64,000 nucleotides of DNA from Spirochaetota bacterium (GTDB lineage Bacteria; Spirochaetota; B62-G9; DRHN01), in assembly GCA_016934265.1 (NCBI GenBank), contig JAFGTF010000078.1:10459-74458 (forward strand), given 5' to 3'. The translations under genes were made by a program, and so were the position numbers. The notes beneath the pieces were generated by a model, which did no database searches, was not told the DNA's origin, and saw only the letters and a program-made list of their open reading frames with translations. Shown here in pieces: positions 29,244 to 38,885 of this stretch. The first letter of the stretch is position 1, and each line of letters starts with the position of its first letter.

Positions 29244-30020
29244 ATGAAGGTCGAAAACAGGCGGATACTGGCGGTGGGGGCCCACCCGGACGATGTCGAG
29301 TTCATGTGCGGCGGCACGCTCAAGCTGCTTGCCGAGGAGGGATACGAGATATTCATCGGTATCATGGCAAACGGGGACTGCGGATCGATGGTGGAACCCC
29401 CGGAGAGTATCACGAGGATCAGGCGGCATGAAGCCCTCGACGCGGCCAAGCTTCTCGGCGCGGAGCTGTACCCCCTCGGGGAGCTCGATCTCCGGATTAC
29501 CCCCGACGACCGGACAAAGGAGGCCACAACGGAGCTCGTCAGGTCGGTGGACCCGCTTTTGGTATTTACCCATCCCCACGAGGACTACATGGCGGATCAC
29601 GAGGTGTGCTCGAGGCTCGTCAGGCTCGCCTGCTTTTGCGCCCCGATACCGAACTATACCACGCGTGCGCCGATACCCGCGCCGAGGACGTACGGTATTC
29701 CGTATCTCTACTACTGGTCCCCCTTCGAAGGTCTCGACATATACGGCGGGTTCGTTCCCCAATCGGTGCTTGTCGACATCACGCCGGTCGTTACCTTCAA
29801 AACGGATCTTCTGACCTGCCACAAGAGCCAGAGGGACTGGCTCTTGGAGCAGCACGGCATTGACCGGTACACCGAGCTCATGAAACAGACAGGCAGACGC
29901 TACGGAAAGGAGTGCGGAGTGGAGTTTGCCGAGGGATTCCGCCAGCATCTCGGTAACGCCTATCCGCGCGACAATATGCTGGCGCAGATACTGGGTGCAC
30001 GTGTGAAGGAAAAGAAATAA
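29244..30020 (+). CDS. PIG-L/LmbE family deacetylase
   Basis: AHPDD...GGT, RRHEA, DYMADH; GGAGG precedes ATG 29244. Confidence 0.88.
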   Translation: MKVENRRILAVGAHPDDVEFMCGGTLKLLAEEGYEIFIGIMANGDCGSMVEPPESITRIRRHEALDAAKLLGAELYPLGELDLRITPDDRTKEATTELVRSVDPLLVFTHPHEDYMADHEVCSRLVRLACFCAPIPNYTTRAPIPAPRTYGIPYLYYWSPFEGLDIYGGFVPQSVLVDITPVVTFKTDLLTCHKSQRDWLLEQHGIDRYTELMKQTGRRYGKECGVEFAEGFRQHLGNAYPRDNMLAQILGARVKEKK

Positions 30021-30032
30021 GAGAGGAGGGTA

Positions 30033-31067
30033 ATGATGAAGAGCTATAAAGTCGGGATAGTAGGGCTCGGCTGGGTGGCAGGCGCACACCTGCGTACGTT
30101 CGCCGCGCTGCCGTACTACGAACCGGTGGCAGTCATGTCGAGGAGGAAGCTCGATCCCGAGGAGATACGCCGGGAGTACGGGGTGAACGTGACGGTATAT
30201 AACGACTACGACCGGTTCCTCGCGCACAAGGGTTTGGAGATAGTCGATATCTGTACCCCTCACCCGTTTCATCCCGATGCGACGGTGAAGGCGGCGAACG
30301 CCGGAAAGCATCTCATCGTCGAGAAGCCGCTCTCCCTTACCTTCGAGGACAGCAAGCGTATGCTGGAGGCGGTGAAGAAAAACAAAGTCAAAACATCGGT
30401 CGGATTCTGGATCAGGCTTATGTCAGTCACGAAAGCTATGAAATCGATAATAGACAAGGGCCTCATCGGCGATATCTACTACGCGGAGTGCGATTACTTC
30501 CATGGTATCGGCCCCTGGTATGGCCAGTTCGAGTGGAACATCAAGAAGGATATGGGCGGCAGCTCGCTTCTCACCGCAGGCTGTCATTCGCTCGATATTA
30601 TGCTTTATCTGCTATCGGAGCCGGTGGAGGAGGTGTTCTCCTATTCCACGAAGAACCCGAACCCGGTGTACGCCCCCTACGAATACGATACGACCTCGAT
30701 TACGCTGCTCAAGTTCGTGAAAAAGGGGCTGCTCGGCAAGGTCGCGTCGGTGACGGACTGCATGCAGCCGTATGTCTTCAACATGAACGTCATCGGATCC
30801 GACGGCTCGATCGACAACGAGCGATTCTACAGCAAGAAGATCGACGGATTGCTCGATTGGAGCACTCTCGACGTGATGCGGGTCGATTCCGGAGACGTTG
30901 CCCGCCACTCATACAACGAGCAGTTCCTTCATTTCGCGGAATGCCTCGATACCGGAAAGGAGGCGATAAACAGCCTCGAAGCCGCCTATGAGACGCATAG
31001 GGTGATATTCGCCGCGGACAGGTCCGCGGAAACGGGAAAACCGGTACGGATTTCCGAGTTCTCGTAA
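30033..31067 (+). CDS. Gfo/Idh/MocA family oxidoreductase
   Basis: GIVGLGWVA, ICTPHPFH, EKP, GGSSLLTAGCH. Confidence 0.88.
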   Translation: MMKSYKVGIVGLGWVAGAHLRTFAALPYYEPVAVMSRRKLDPEEIRREYGVNVTVYNDYDRFLAHKGLEIVDICTPHPFHPDATVKAANAGKHLIVEKPLSLTFEDSKRMLEAVKKNKVKTSVGFWIRLMSVTKAMKSIIDKGLIGDIYYAECDYFHGIGPWYGQFEWNIKKDMGGSSLLTAGCHSLDIMLYLLSEPVEEVFSYSTKNPNPVYAPYEYDTTSITLLKFVKKGLLGKVASVTDCMQPYVFNMNVIGSDGSIDNERFYSKKIDGLLDWSTLDVMRVDSGDVARHSYNEQFLHFAECLDTGKEAINSLEAAYETHRVIFAADRSAETGKPVRISEFS

Positions 31068-31139
31068 ATCCGAAGAGATGCGGTGAAGACCGCCCCATGT
31101 ACGGCGGAGATATCAACGAACGTTATTGACGGGGAACGG

Positions 31140-31919
31140 ATGAGCCTGCGGGAGGAACAGTACGATCGTTATAAAAGAAATATCGCCTTGGGAGAGGTAG
31201 GCGTACGGGGCCAGAAGAAGCTTCTCTCCTCGAAAGTCTGTATCATCGGTGCCGGCGGTCTGGGCTCCTCGTGTGCGCTCTACCTGGCCGCCGCCGGTGT
31301 CGGCCGGCTTTTAATCGTCGACAAAGATTGTGTCGAGCGCTCCAATCTCCAGCGGCAGATACTGCACAGAACGGGTGACATCGGAAGGACGAAGGTCGAA
31401 TCAGCGCGGCGCGAGATAGAGGCGCTCAATCCCGACGTAGAGCTTATCACGCGGGAGGTCCGGGCGGATATCTCTAATATCCGGGATCTTGTAACCGGAA
31501 GCGATTTCGTGATCGACGCCGCGGACAACTTCGAGACGAAGTTTCTCATAAACGACGCGTGCGTGATCGAGAAAATTCCGTTTTCGCACGCCGGGGTAGC
31601 CGGTTTCGGCGGTCAAGCGCTGACCTATGTTCCGGGGCACGCGTGCTATCGCTGCCTTTTCGAATCGCCTCCTCCGCAAGAAATAGGCGGCGGCAGGCAA
31701 GAAGCGGGGATCCTCGGCAGTATTGCGGGGATCCTGGGTGCGATACAGGCGACTGAAGCGGTGAAGTTCCTCCTCCAAACAGGGGGCCTGCTCACAAACA
31801 GGCTTCTTTTATGCGACGGGCTTTCTTTGACCTTCAACGAAGTGGAGGTGTCGCGCAACCGACAGTGCCCGGTATGCGGAGAACATCCGAGGATCACCGG
31901 GTTTCGAGACGAAGGGTAA
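31140..31919 (+). CDS. ThiF/MoeB adenylyltransferase
   Basis: GAGGLG, SNLQRQ, CYRC and CPVC. Confidence 0.88.
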   Translation: MSLREEQYDRYKRNIALGEVGVRGQKKLLSSKVCIIGAGGLGSSCALYLAAAGVGRLLIVDKDCVERSNLQRQILHRTGDIGRTKVESARREIEALNPDVELITREVRADISNIRDLVTGSDFVIDAADNFETKFLINDACVIEKIPFSHAGVAGFGGQALTYVPGHACYRCLFESPPPQEIGGGRQEAGILGSIAGILGAIQATEAVKFLLQTGGLLTNRLLLCDGLSLTFNEVEVSRNRQCPVCGEHPRITGFRDEG

Positions 31920-32470
31920 GAACGGAAGTTGCCGGGATTTTCACTTCTCTTCATAGAGGAGTAACGGCGATACGACATAGGTAACCCTTTTCCGTATGTC
32001 ACGAAATCCGCGGTATGGTGACTTGTGAATCGAGGGTTATACATCTGAGAAACCCCCTTTTTACAAATCCTAACGAAACTACTTTTCAGAGAGTTACGGA
32101 AATTCAAGCGATTTCGTAACCGGCGAAGATCGCCGATTTTCAATGCCCGCGTCTGCCGAGCCTCGTCGCCGTACCTCTCGAAACGGCGTGTCTATCACCT
32201 GGTCATACCGATTTCAGGGCGGCATGCGCTGTGATTATTACATAAAAGGGGGTTTGACGGCAGGAAGCGGACAGGCCGTACCCACGCCGCGGGCACGACT
32301 CGAGAGCGTACGCGTTCGTGCGCATATTCCGGCTCGTCTGCACCGCACGGGGTAACGGAAGACTGTGTATCGCACTTCGGAGGAAAAAGCCGGGGGACGG
32401 ATTTTGTTTGAACGGCGGAAGAATAGGTTGTACTATTACAAGAGGAGAGCAAAATACGCGAGGTAACGAA

Positions 32471-33814
32471 ATGCGCGCGGCGGAGATTTCGGAATATTAC
32501 CTGGGCAGGACGCCTTCCGTGATACGGATGGCGCAGATCGAGTTCGGCAGAAGAAAGGACCGGGTCGATGCGGTCAACGTGGCGATCGGTAACGTTTCTC
32601 TTCCCATGCATCCTGCGATGAGAAAGCGGATGCGCTCGCTCGGTTCGGAAGGCCCGTTCACGGACGGCGTGGTGAAGTACACGCCGACGGTCGGGCTCGA
32701 TGAGACGAGGCGCGCATTCCTGAAAATAATCGGGTCTAGCGGTTTTTCAACGGATGGGCTCGACGTGCAGGTTACCGACGGAGGATCGCAGGCTATGGAG
32801 TACGTCGTGCTCGGAACCTGCGGGCCGGCGGGAAGCGGTAGAAGGCCCTTGCTGCTGATCGATGCGGCATATACGAACTACCCGGCGTTCGCCGGGAGGG
32901 TGGGGAGAACGACCGTCTCCGTAACGAGGCGCCTCATGGATAACGGAACGTTCACCCTTCCGGATATCGGGAGGATAGAACGTACGATCGTGGATCATGA
33001 TCCGGGTGCAATGGTCGTTATTCCGTATGACAACCCGACTGGTCACTTCTACGATCAAAAAACGCTTTTGCTCCTCGCCCGGCTTTGTGTCGAGCACAAC
33101 CTGTGGATGGTGAGCGACGAGGCATACCGGGAGCTCTTCTATACCGGTGAAAACGCATCAAGCGTCTGGGGTATCACCGATTCGGAAGTTCCGGGGATAG
33201 AGGGGAGACGTATTTCGATTGAGACGGCCTCCAAGGTATGGAACGCGTGCGGCCTCCGTATCGGAGCGCTCGTCACCGACAACCCGGAGTTCCACCGCAG
33301 GGCGGTCGCCGAGGCTACGGCCAATCTCTGCCCGAATGCGGTGGGGCAATGGATTTTCGGCGCGCTCGCGTATGAGGATCAAGAGGCGCTTAAAGGTTGG
33401 TATGAGACGCAGCGGTCATACTACAAGCCGCTCATAACTTCCTTTGCGGAGGAGATGAGACGGCGTCTTGACGGCATTATCGTCTCGAGTCCGGAAGCCT
33501 CCATCTACTCCGTGATAGATGTCAGAAACATCGCGGGAGAGTGGTTCGATGCGAAACAGTTCGTGATGTACTGCGCGCGGGAGGGAGCTGTCGATCTCGA
33601 CGGTGCCCGGCATACCCTGCTTGTTGCTCCTATGGAGGGGTTCTACAACCCCGCGCCGGGAGAGACGAACCCGGGAAAGACCCAGATGAGGATTGCATAC
33701 GTGGAGCCGCCAGACAGGATGAAGCTCGTCCCTCGTCTTTTCGGTACGCTTCTTACTAACTACCGGGCGGCGGTGCAGGAAGGCCGCATCGTCGGACAAA
33801 CCCGGACCGCGTAA
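32471..33814 (+). CDS. Class I/II PLP-dependent aminotransferase
   Basis: DNPTG, SDEAY, SKVWNACGLRIG; GAGG precedes ATG 32471. Confidence 0.85.
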   Translation: MRAAEISEYYLGRTPSVIRMAQIEFGRRKDRVDAVNVAIGNVSLPMHPAMRKRMRSLGSEGPFTDGVVKYTPTVGLDETRRAFLKIIGSSGFSTDGLDVQVTDGGSQAMEYVVLGTCGPAGSGRRPLLLIDAAYTNYPAFAGRVGRTTVSVTRRLMDNGTFTLPDIGRIERTIVDHDPGAMVVIPYDNPTGHFYDQKTLLLLARLCVEHNLWMVSDEAYRELFYTGENASSVWGITDSEVPGIEGRRISIETASKVWNACGLRIGALVTDNPEFHRRAVAEATANLCPNAVGQWIFGALAYEDQEALKGWYETQRSYYKPLITSFAEEMRRRLDGIIVSSPEASIYSVIDVRNIAGEWFDAKQFVMYCAREGAVDLDGARHTLLVAPMEGFYNPAPGETNPGKTQMRIAYVEPPDRMKLVPRLFGTLLTNYRAAVQEGRIVGQTRTA

Positions 33815-34019
33815 GCGGTCACGGTCCAAGAGTACACGCTACCGGCGCGGTTTCTTCACCTTCAGGCTGTTGTAAAGCCGGCGGGCCGAAGCGGCCGCGG
33901 TCTCGTTCGATAACTCGCCCTACGGCGAGGACAGTAACCGACAATCGCTCGATCTCGGCACCGATCCCGGTGCTGAATGCGGCGCATCGGTCTTCGTATA
34001 TCGGTTCCCGCTAAAAGAC

Positions 34020-34048
34020 TCGACAACGTGGTGAAATATCATTATAAT
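34020..34048 (+). promoter_or_regulatory. Sigma70-type promoter upstream of ahcY
   Basis: TCGACA, 17 nt spacer, TATAAT (34043-34048). Confidence 0.6.
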
Positions 34049-34233
34049 TGTTTTCACATAAAAGCGCGCCGCCAACTTCCTTTTCGCTTCGAGAAGAGGA
34101 GGGACGGCGTATGTATTATTATCTGTTATGAAAGGAATTAGACCTTTTTTAACGGGGCTTCCATTATCACCGTGTACCGGTTGACGATGAAGGCTCCCAA
34201 CAGAAAAAGCGATAGAATCCCGTAGGAGGAGAT

Positions 34234-35487
34234 ATGGAGTATAAGGTCAAGGATATCGGGCTCGCCGATTCCGGGAAGCTGAAGATCGAATGGGCGGAGT
34301 CGCGGATGCCCGTACTGATGACGCTTAGGGAGAGATACAAAACGAAAAAGCCGTTGAAAGGGCAGCGGGTCTCAGGCTGTCTTCACGTGACGAAAGAGAC
34401 GGCGGTACTGGTAAAAACCCTGGTCGTAGCGGGCGCGGAGGTCGCGTGGTCCGGATGCAACCCGCTCTCGACCCAGGACGATATTGCGGCGGCGCTTGCG
34501 GCCAGTAACGTACCGATATATGCGTGGCATGGGATGAGCGTCGACGAGTTCTACTGGGCGATAGAACGGACGATCGATATGAAGCCGACACTTACGCTGG
34601 ATGACGGTGCGGATCTCATCAATACCCTTCACCAGAAGCATCCCGACCTTGCGAGAAAGGTAACGGGAGGGACGGAAGAAACGACGACCGGCGTACACCG
34701 CCTCAGGGCGATGGACAAGGCCGGCGCGCTTCTCTATCCCGTGATCGCGGTAAACGATGCGGAGACCAAGTGGGACTTCGACAACGTCTACGGTACCGGA
34801 CAGTCCTCGATAGATGGGATTCTGCGAACGACCAACGTGCTGCTCGCAGGAAAGAATTTCGTCGTTGCCGGGTACGGTCACTGCGGGAGAGGGGCCGCCA
34901 TACGGGCCTCCGGTATGGGAGCGCACGTGATCGTCACGGAAGTCAGCCCGACCCAGGCCCTGAAAGCCGTGCTCGACGGTTTCAGTGTGATGAAGATGGA
35001 CGAAGCCTGTGCAGCCGGCGATATTTTCATCACCGCAACGGGGATGAAGGACGTAATTGTGGAGCGTCACTTCAAACGGATGAGAGACGGGGCCATAGTG
35101 TGCAATACGGGACATTACGACTGTGAGGTGAACCTGAAAGACCTCGGCAAAGCCTCGAAATCGGTTCGGGAAGTCAGGGAGGGGAACGAGGAATACACGT
35201 TGAAGAACGGGGTACGAATCTATATCCTCGCAAAAGGGAGACTGGTGAACCTTGCAGGCGCAGAGGGGCACCCCTCCGAGGTCATGGACATGAGCTTCGC
35301 AAATCAGTTCCTCTCGCTTATACGGTGCGCGAAGGAGGGTAAAAACCTCGAGGTGCGGGTCCACGATATTCCCGAGCAGCAGGACCAGGAGCTTGCGATG
35401 TTGAAGCTGCATACCATGGGACTTTCGATAGACACCCTCACTAAAGAGCAGCTGCACTACCGCGATGATTACCTCGCTGGAACGTAA
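34234..35487 (+). CDS. ahcY: Adenosylhomocysteinase
   Basis: GCLH, CNPLSTQD, EETTTGVHRL, FDNVYGTG, GHPSEVMDMSF. Confidence 0.96.
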   Translation: MEYKVKDIGLADSGKLKIEWAESRMPVLMTLRERYKTKKPLKGQRVSGCLHVTKETAVLVKTLVVAGAEVAWSGCNPLSTQDDIAAALAASNVPIYAWHGMSVDEFYWAIERTIDMKPTLTLDDGADLINTLHQKHPDLARKVTGGTEETTTGVHRLRAMDKAGALLYPVIAVNDAETKWDFDNVYGTGQSSIDGILRTTNVLLAGKNFVVAGYGHCGRGAAIRASGMGAHVIVTEVSPTQALKAVLDGFSVMKMDEACAAGDIFITATGMKDVIVERHFKRMRDGAIVCNTGHYDCEVNLKDLGKASKSVREVREGNEEYTLKNGVRIYILAKGRLVNLAGAEGHPSEVMDMSFANQFLSLIRCAKEGKNLEVRVHDIPEQQDQELAMLKLHTMGLSIDTLTKEQLHYRDDYLAGT

Positions 35488-35527
35488 TTCAAAGGTCTTT
35501 TGATACACTCGAATTCGGGAGGGGTCC

Positions 35528-38305
35528 TTGTTTCTTAAAAGTCTGGACATACTGGGCTTCAAGTCTTTTGCCTCCAAAACGAGCTTTACATTCAAACCAG
35601 GCGTCACCGCCCTCGTCGGTCCGAATGGATGCGGCAAGAGCAACGTCGTCGACGCGATACGCTGGGTTCTCGGTGAAGCGAATGCGAGATCTCTTCGTGG
35701 TGAGATCATGGACGATATAATCTTCGCCGGATCGGAATCGCAGAAACCGCTTGGAATGGCCGAGGTAGGCATGACCATCGTGAACGACGATGGGCTTTTA
35801 CCCATCGACTTTTCCGAAGTGAACGTCAAACGGAGATTATACAGGTCGGGCGAGAGCGAATTCCTGATCAATAATAATTCGGTTCGTCTCAAGGATATAC
35901 AGGACCTGTTCGCGGATACCGGTATCGGAAAGGCATCCTATTCCGTGATGGAGCAGGGAAACATCGACTCCCTTTTGAGCAACAGGCCCGAAGAGCGGAT
36001 GTATATATTCGAGGAGGCCTCAGGGATCACTCGGTACAAGATGAGGATCCGGGAATCCTACCGTAAGCTCACCGCCACGGAGGAAAACATTAACCGTCTG
36101 GGGTTCGTGATAAGCGAGGTCGAGAAAGAGTACAAAAATCTCGAGCGGCAGGCCAAGAAGGCCGAAGAGTACAAGGCGCTCAAGCAGAAAGAGATCGAGT
36201 ACGAGACGCTCTACCACTACCATCGCGTGAAGGAGCTCAAGGAAAGGGTTCAAAAGAACAACACCGCCTTCAAAAAGCTTGAGGAAAGAAAAAAATCCCT
36301 CGCCGGGGCGATCGAAAAGCTGGAGGCCGCCATGAGGGATCATGTCGGCAGCGTCAAGCGAATAGAGAACGAGATCGTCGAAATACGAAGCGGTATATTC
36401 AGGCGGGACGCGGAGATCGAGGCGCTGGACTCGAAGTCCTCGCACGTCAAAGACAGAGTATCCGAGATCGAGAGCGAGATAGAGAAGAGGAGGAAGCTTC
36501 TGAAGAGGGCGGAAGAGGGTAAAAAGGCGCTCGCTAACCGTATCACCTCGAACGAAACGGAGATGGAGTCGCTTCTTTCGCTCCTCCAGTCGCAAACGGA
36601 GAAGCAGCGGCAGTACGGGGAGGAGACCGACCGAATTAACTGCCGCATCGAGGAGAATAAAAAGAAGCTCGTTACCACGACGATGCGTATCGAAAAGACC
36701 GGTCAGACACTGCTCGGTCTTCGGGAGGAACTAAAGGGGGTCGTGGACAGGCTCTTGAAAGAGATAGACGGAATAAAGGCGAGGGGAAGAGCCGATGAGA
36801 GAAAAAAGAAAGAGCTCATCGGGAAGATAGACGAGGCCGCGGCTGCGCTCGACAGCGCCCTCCTGCAGCACAATAAGAAGCTCAAAGACCTCCGTTTTAC
36901 GACGGAGAAGTCACATGTGGACGATCTCGTCGATATGCTTACCGGTGAAGCGGAAGGATTGCGGAGTAAGCTGAGCGGTTTGAAGTCCGATATATCGACG
37001 GTCATCGCGATGCAGGAGGAGCTGTCCAGGGCCATATTCGGCGAGAAGAGCTATCACTCGCAGAAGGAGAAAGTGGAGCGGAATATCGAGCTGATGCTCG
37101 CCGAAGAGGAAGAGCTCAAGAGGGAGACCGTACGGATCAACGAGGAGCTCAAGGAGGAGGAAAAAAGGAGAAACGAGTTCGTGACTCTCGTTCACGGGCT
37201 TGCCACCGACGTCGCGAGGAACATGGAAAAAAAGCGGTCGCTTCATGATAGTCTGGGAATGCTGAAGACCCAGCTGCAAAGAAGCGAGGAGTCGCTCGAG
37301 GACCTTCGTTTCGATCATAAAAAACTTGAAGAGAGGAAAACGGCCTTTGAAAAGGATATCGGGGCGCTCGAGGAGAAACGGTCTGAAGTCGAACGCGCCA
37401 AACGGGAGCTCAACGAGGAGACGAAGAGCAACAACGTAATGATAGAACGAATGGTCGCAAAGATCCGGGAGATGGAGGTAAAAGAGTCCCGGTATAGGGA
37501 GGAGCAAAAAAAGGTTTCGGGGCAGATCGAAAAAATAGAGCTCAACAATGCGGAGCTTCGTTCGAGGATCGACACGATCATCGAGACATTCAACGAGAGC
37601 TACGGGGTGGCGCTCGAACTCTTCGAACCGGAAAAACCGGTCGAAATCAAGACGGTTGGTGAGAACAGGGCCGCCGTCAAGGAGCGGATACGGGAGCTGG
37701 GACAGGTGAACCTCATCGCGATCCAGGAGTTCGAGGACGTGAAGAAGCGCTACGAGTATCTCGTCTCGCAGAGAGAAGATCTCCTATCGGCGAAGAAGGA
37801 CGTAAACGATCTCATCGCCGATACGGTTCAGTATTCGAACGACAAGTTCAGGGAAAGTTTCGACAAGATCGAGCATAATTTCCAGAGTATCTTCAAGAGA
37901 CTGTTCAACGGTGGGAAGACGCAGCTTTACCTCACCAACGACGCCGATATTTTCAACACGGGTGTGGAGATCATGGCGTGCCCTCCGGGAAAGACTCTGC
38001 GTCGGCGGTCCCTCCTCTCGGGAGGAGAGAAGGGACTTACCGCGGTATCGCTGCTTTTTGCGATTTTCATGGTCCGGCCGAGCCCCTTCTGCATCCTCGA
38101 TGAGGTTGATCACGATCTCGACGAGGAGAACATCATGCGGTTCATCAAGCTGCTAAAGGAGTTCACCGACACGACGCAGTTTATCATTATTACCCATAAC
38201 CGCCGGACGATAGAGTTTGCCGACGTGATATACGGTATCACCGCCGAGCAGGTGGGGGTATCGAAGGTCGTATCTCTGGATCTCGTGGAGCATGCGGTTG
38301 AATGA
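35528..38305 (+). CDS. smc: SMC-family chromosome segregation ATPase, short form (925 aa)
   Basis: GFKSF, GPNGCGKSN, LSGGEK, FCILDEVD and IITH motifs with a long coiled coil; no recognisable hinge. Confidence 0.9.
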   Translation: MFLKSLDILGFKSFASKTSFTFKPGVTALVGPNGCGKSNVVDAIRWVLGEANARSLRGEIMDDIIFAGSESQKPLGMAEVGMTIVNDDGLLPIDFSEVNVKRRLYRSGESEFLINNNSVRLKDIQDLFADTGIGKASYSVMEQGNIDSLLSNRPEERMYIFEEASGITRYKMRIRESYRKLTATEENINRLGFVISEVEKEYKNLERQAKKAEEYKALKQKEIEYETLYHYHRVKELKERVQKNNTAFKKLEERKKSLAGAIEKLEAAMRDHVGSVKRIENEIVEIRSGIFRRDAEIEALDSKSSHVKDRVSEIESEIEKRRKLLKRAEEGKKALANRITSNETEMESLLSLLQSQTEKQRQYGEETDRINCRIEENKKKLVTTTMRIEKTGQTLLGLREELKGVVDRLLKEIDGIKARGRADERKKKELIGKIDEAAAALDSALLQHNKKLKDLRFTTEKSHVDDLVDMLTGEAEGLRSKLSGLKSDISTVIAMQEELSRAIFGEKSYHSQKEKVERNIELMLAEEEELKRETVRINEELKEEEKRRNEFVTLVHGLATDVARNMEKKRSLHDSLGMLKTQLQRSEESLEDLRFDHKKLEERKTAFEKDIGALEEKRSEVERAKRELNEETKSNNVMIERMVAKIREMEVKESRYREEQKKVSGQIEKIELNNAELRSRIDTIIETFNESYGVALELFEPEKPVEIKTVGENRAAVKERIRELGQVNLIAIQEFEDVKKRYEYLVSQREDLLSAKKDVNDLIADTVQYSNDKFRESFDKIEHNFQSIFKRLFNGGKTQLYLTNDADIFNTGVEIMACPPGKTLRRRSLLSGGEKGLTAVSLLFAIFMVRPSPFCILDEVDHDLDEENIMRFIKLLKEFTDTTQFIIITHNRRTIEFADVIYGITAEQVGVSKVVSLDLVEHAVE

Positions 38306-38711
38306 TTTCTTAGAGTGGATCGGAAAAAACCGGGCCGTCTTCATCGCCGCCGCGGTGGCTCTCATGACGGTGGCAGTCGTTACCGGTGTTCTGGTCGGAA
38401 CCGCTGAAAGGAGAAAAACGGGTGCAGTCGGTCCCCGGGAGACTGATATGTCCGATCAGGATCTCGATCGCATTGCGAGTCCCGAGCTTTTGCTTCCTGC
38501 GCCGGTCGTACCGTCGCTTTATGAAGATAACGGATACTCCTATTACTACGACCGTTACTACGACATCGAGCGCCAGACGTTTATCCCTCTGACCGCATCC
38601 GGGCTTCTTGCGCATCTTCCGGGATACGAAACCGAGGGAATCAAACCGCTTTCCGTCCGCGGCATGGAGTTTGAGGTGCTGACCCTCTCCGACGAGCTCG
38701 CGGAACCGTAG
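38292..38711 (+). CDS. Hypothetical single-TM protein overlapping the end of smc
   Basis: 139-aa ORF with an N-terminal hydrophobic helix; 14-nt overlap with smc; GGAG upstream. Confidence 0.6.
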   Translation: MRLNDFLEWIGKNRAVFIAAAVALMTVAVVTGVLVGTAERRKTGAVGPRETDMSDQDLDRIASPELLLPAPVVPSLYEDNGYSYYYDRYYDIERQTFIPLTASGLLAHLPGYETEGIKPLSVRGMEFEVLTLSDELAEP

Positions 38712-38885
38712 GGGGCGGTTTTCTTTTATCACGGTCGCGAACACCTTTGCGTCGGAGAGGTGAAATGTCCGCCGTTTTCGGTGTATGAGGGTCTTCCCCG
38801 CTCGTCATGCCCCGTAAAAAATTCGTTTCACCGCATGATTGTTACTATACTATAGGTATCGCAGGAAGAATGAAAGGAGCGGACC

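Noticed and set aside
34091..34115. GAGGGACGGC resembling part of a SAM-I riboswitch
   Set aside because: No AUC..GAG P1 and no GCAAC/GGUGC elements.
34372..35892. 506-aa minus-strand ORF
   Set aside because: Antisense shadow of ahcY and smc; no motifs.
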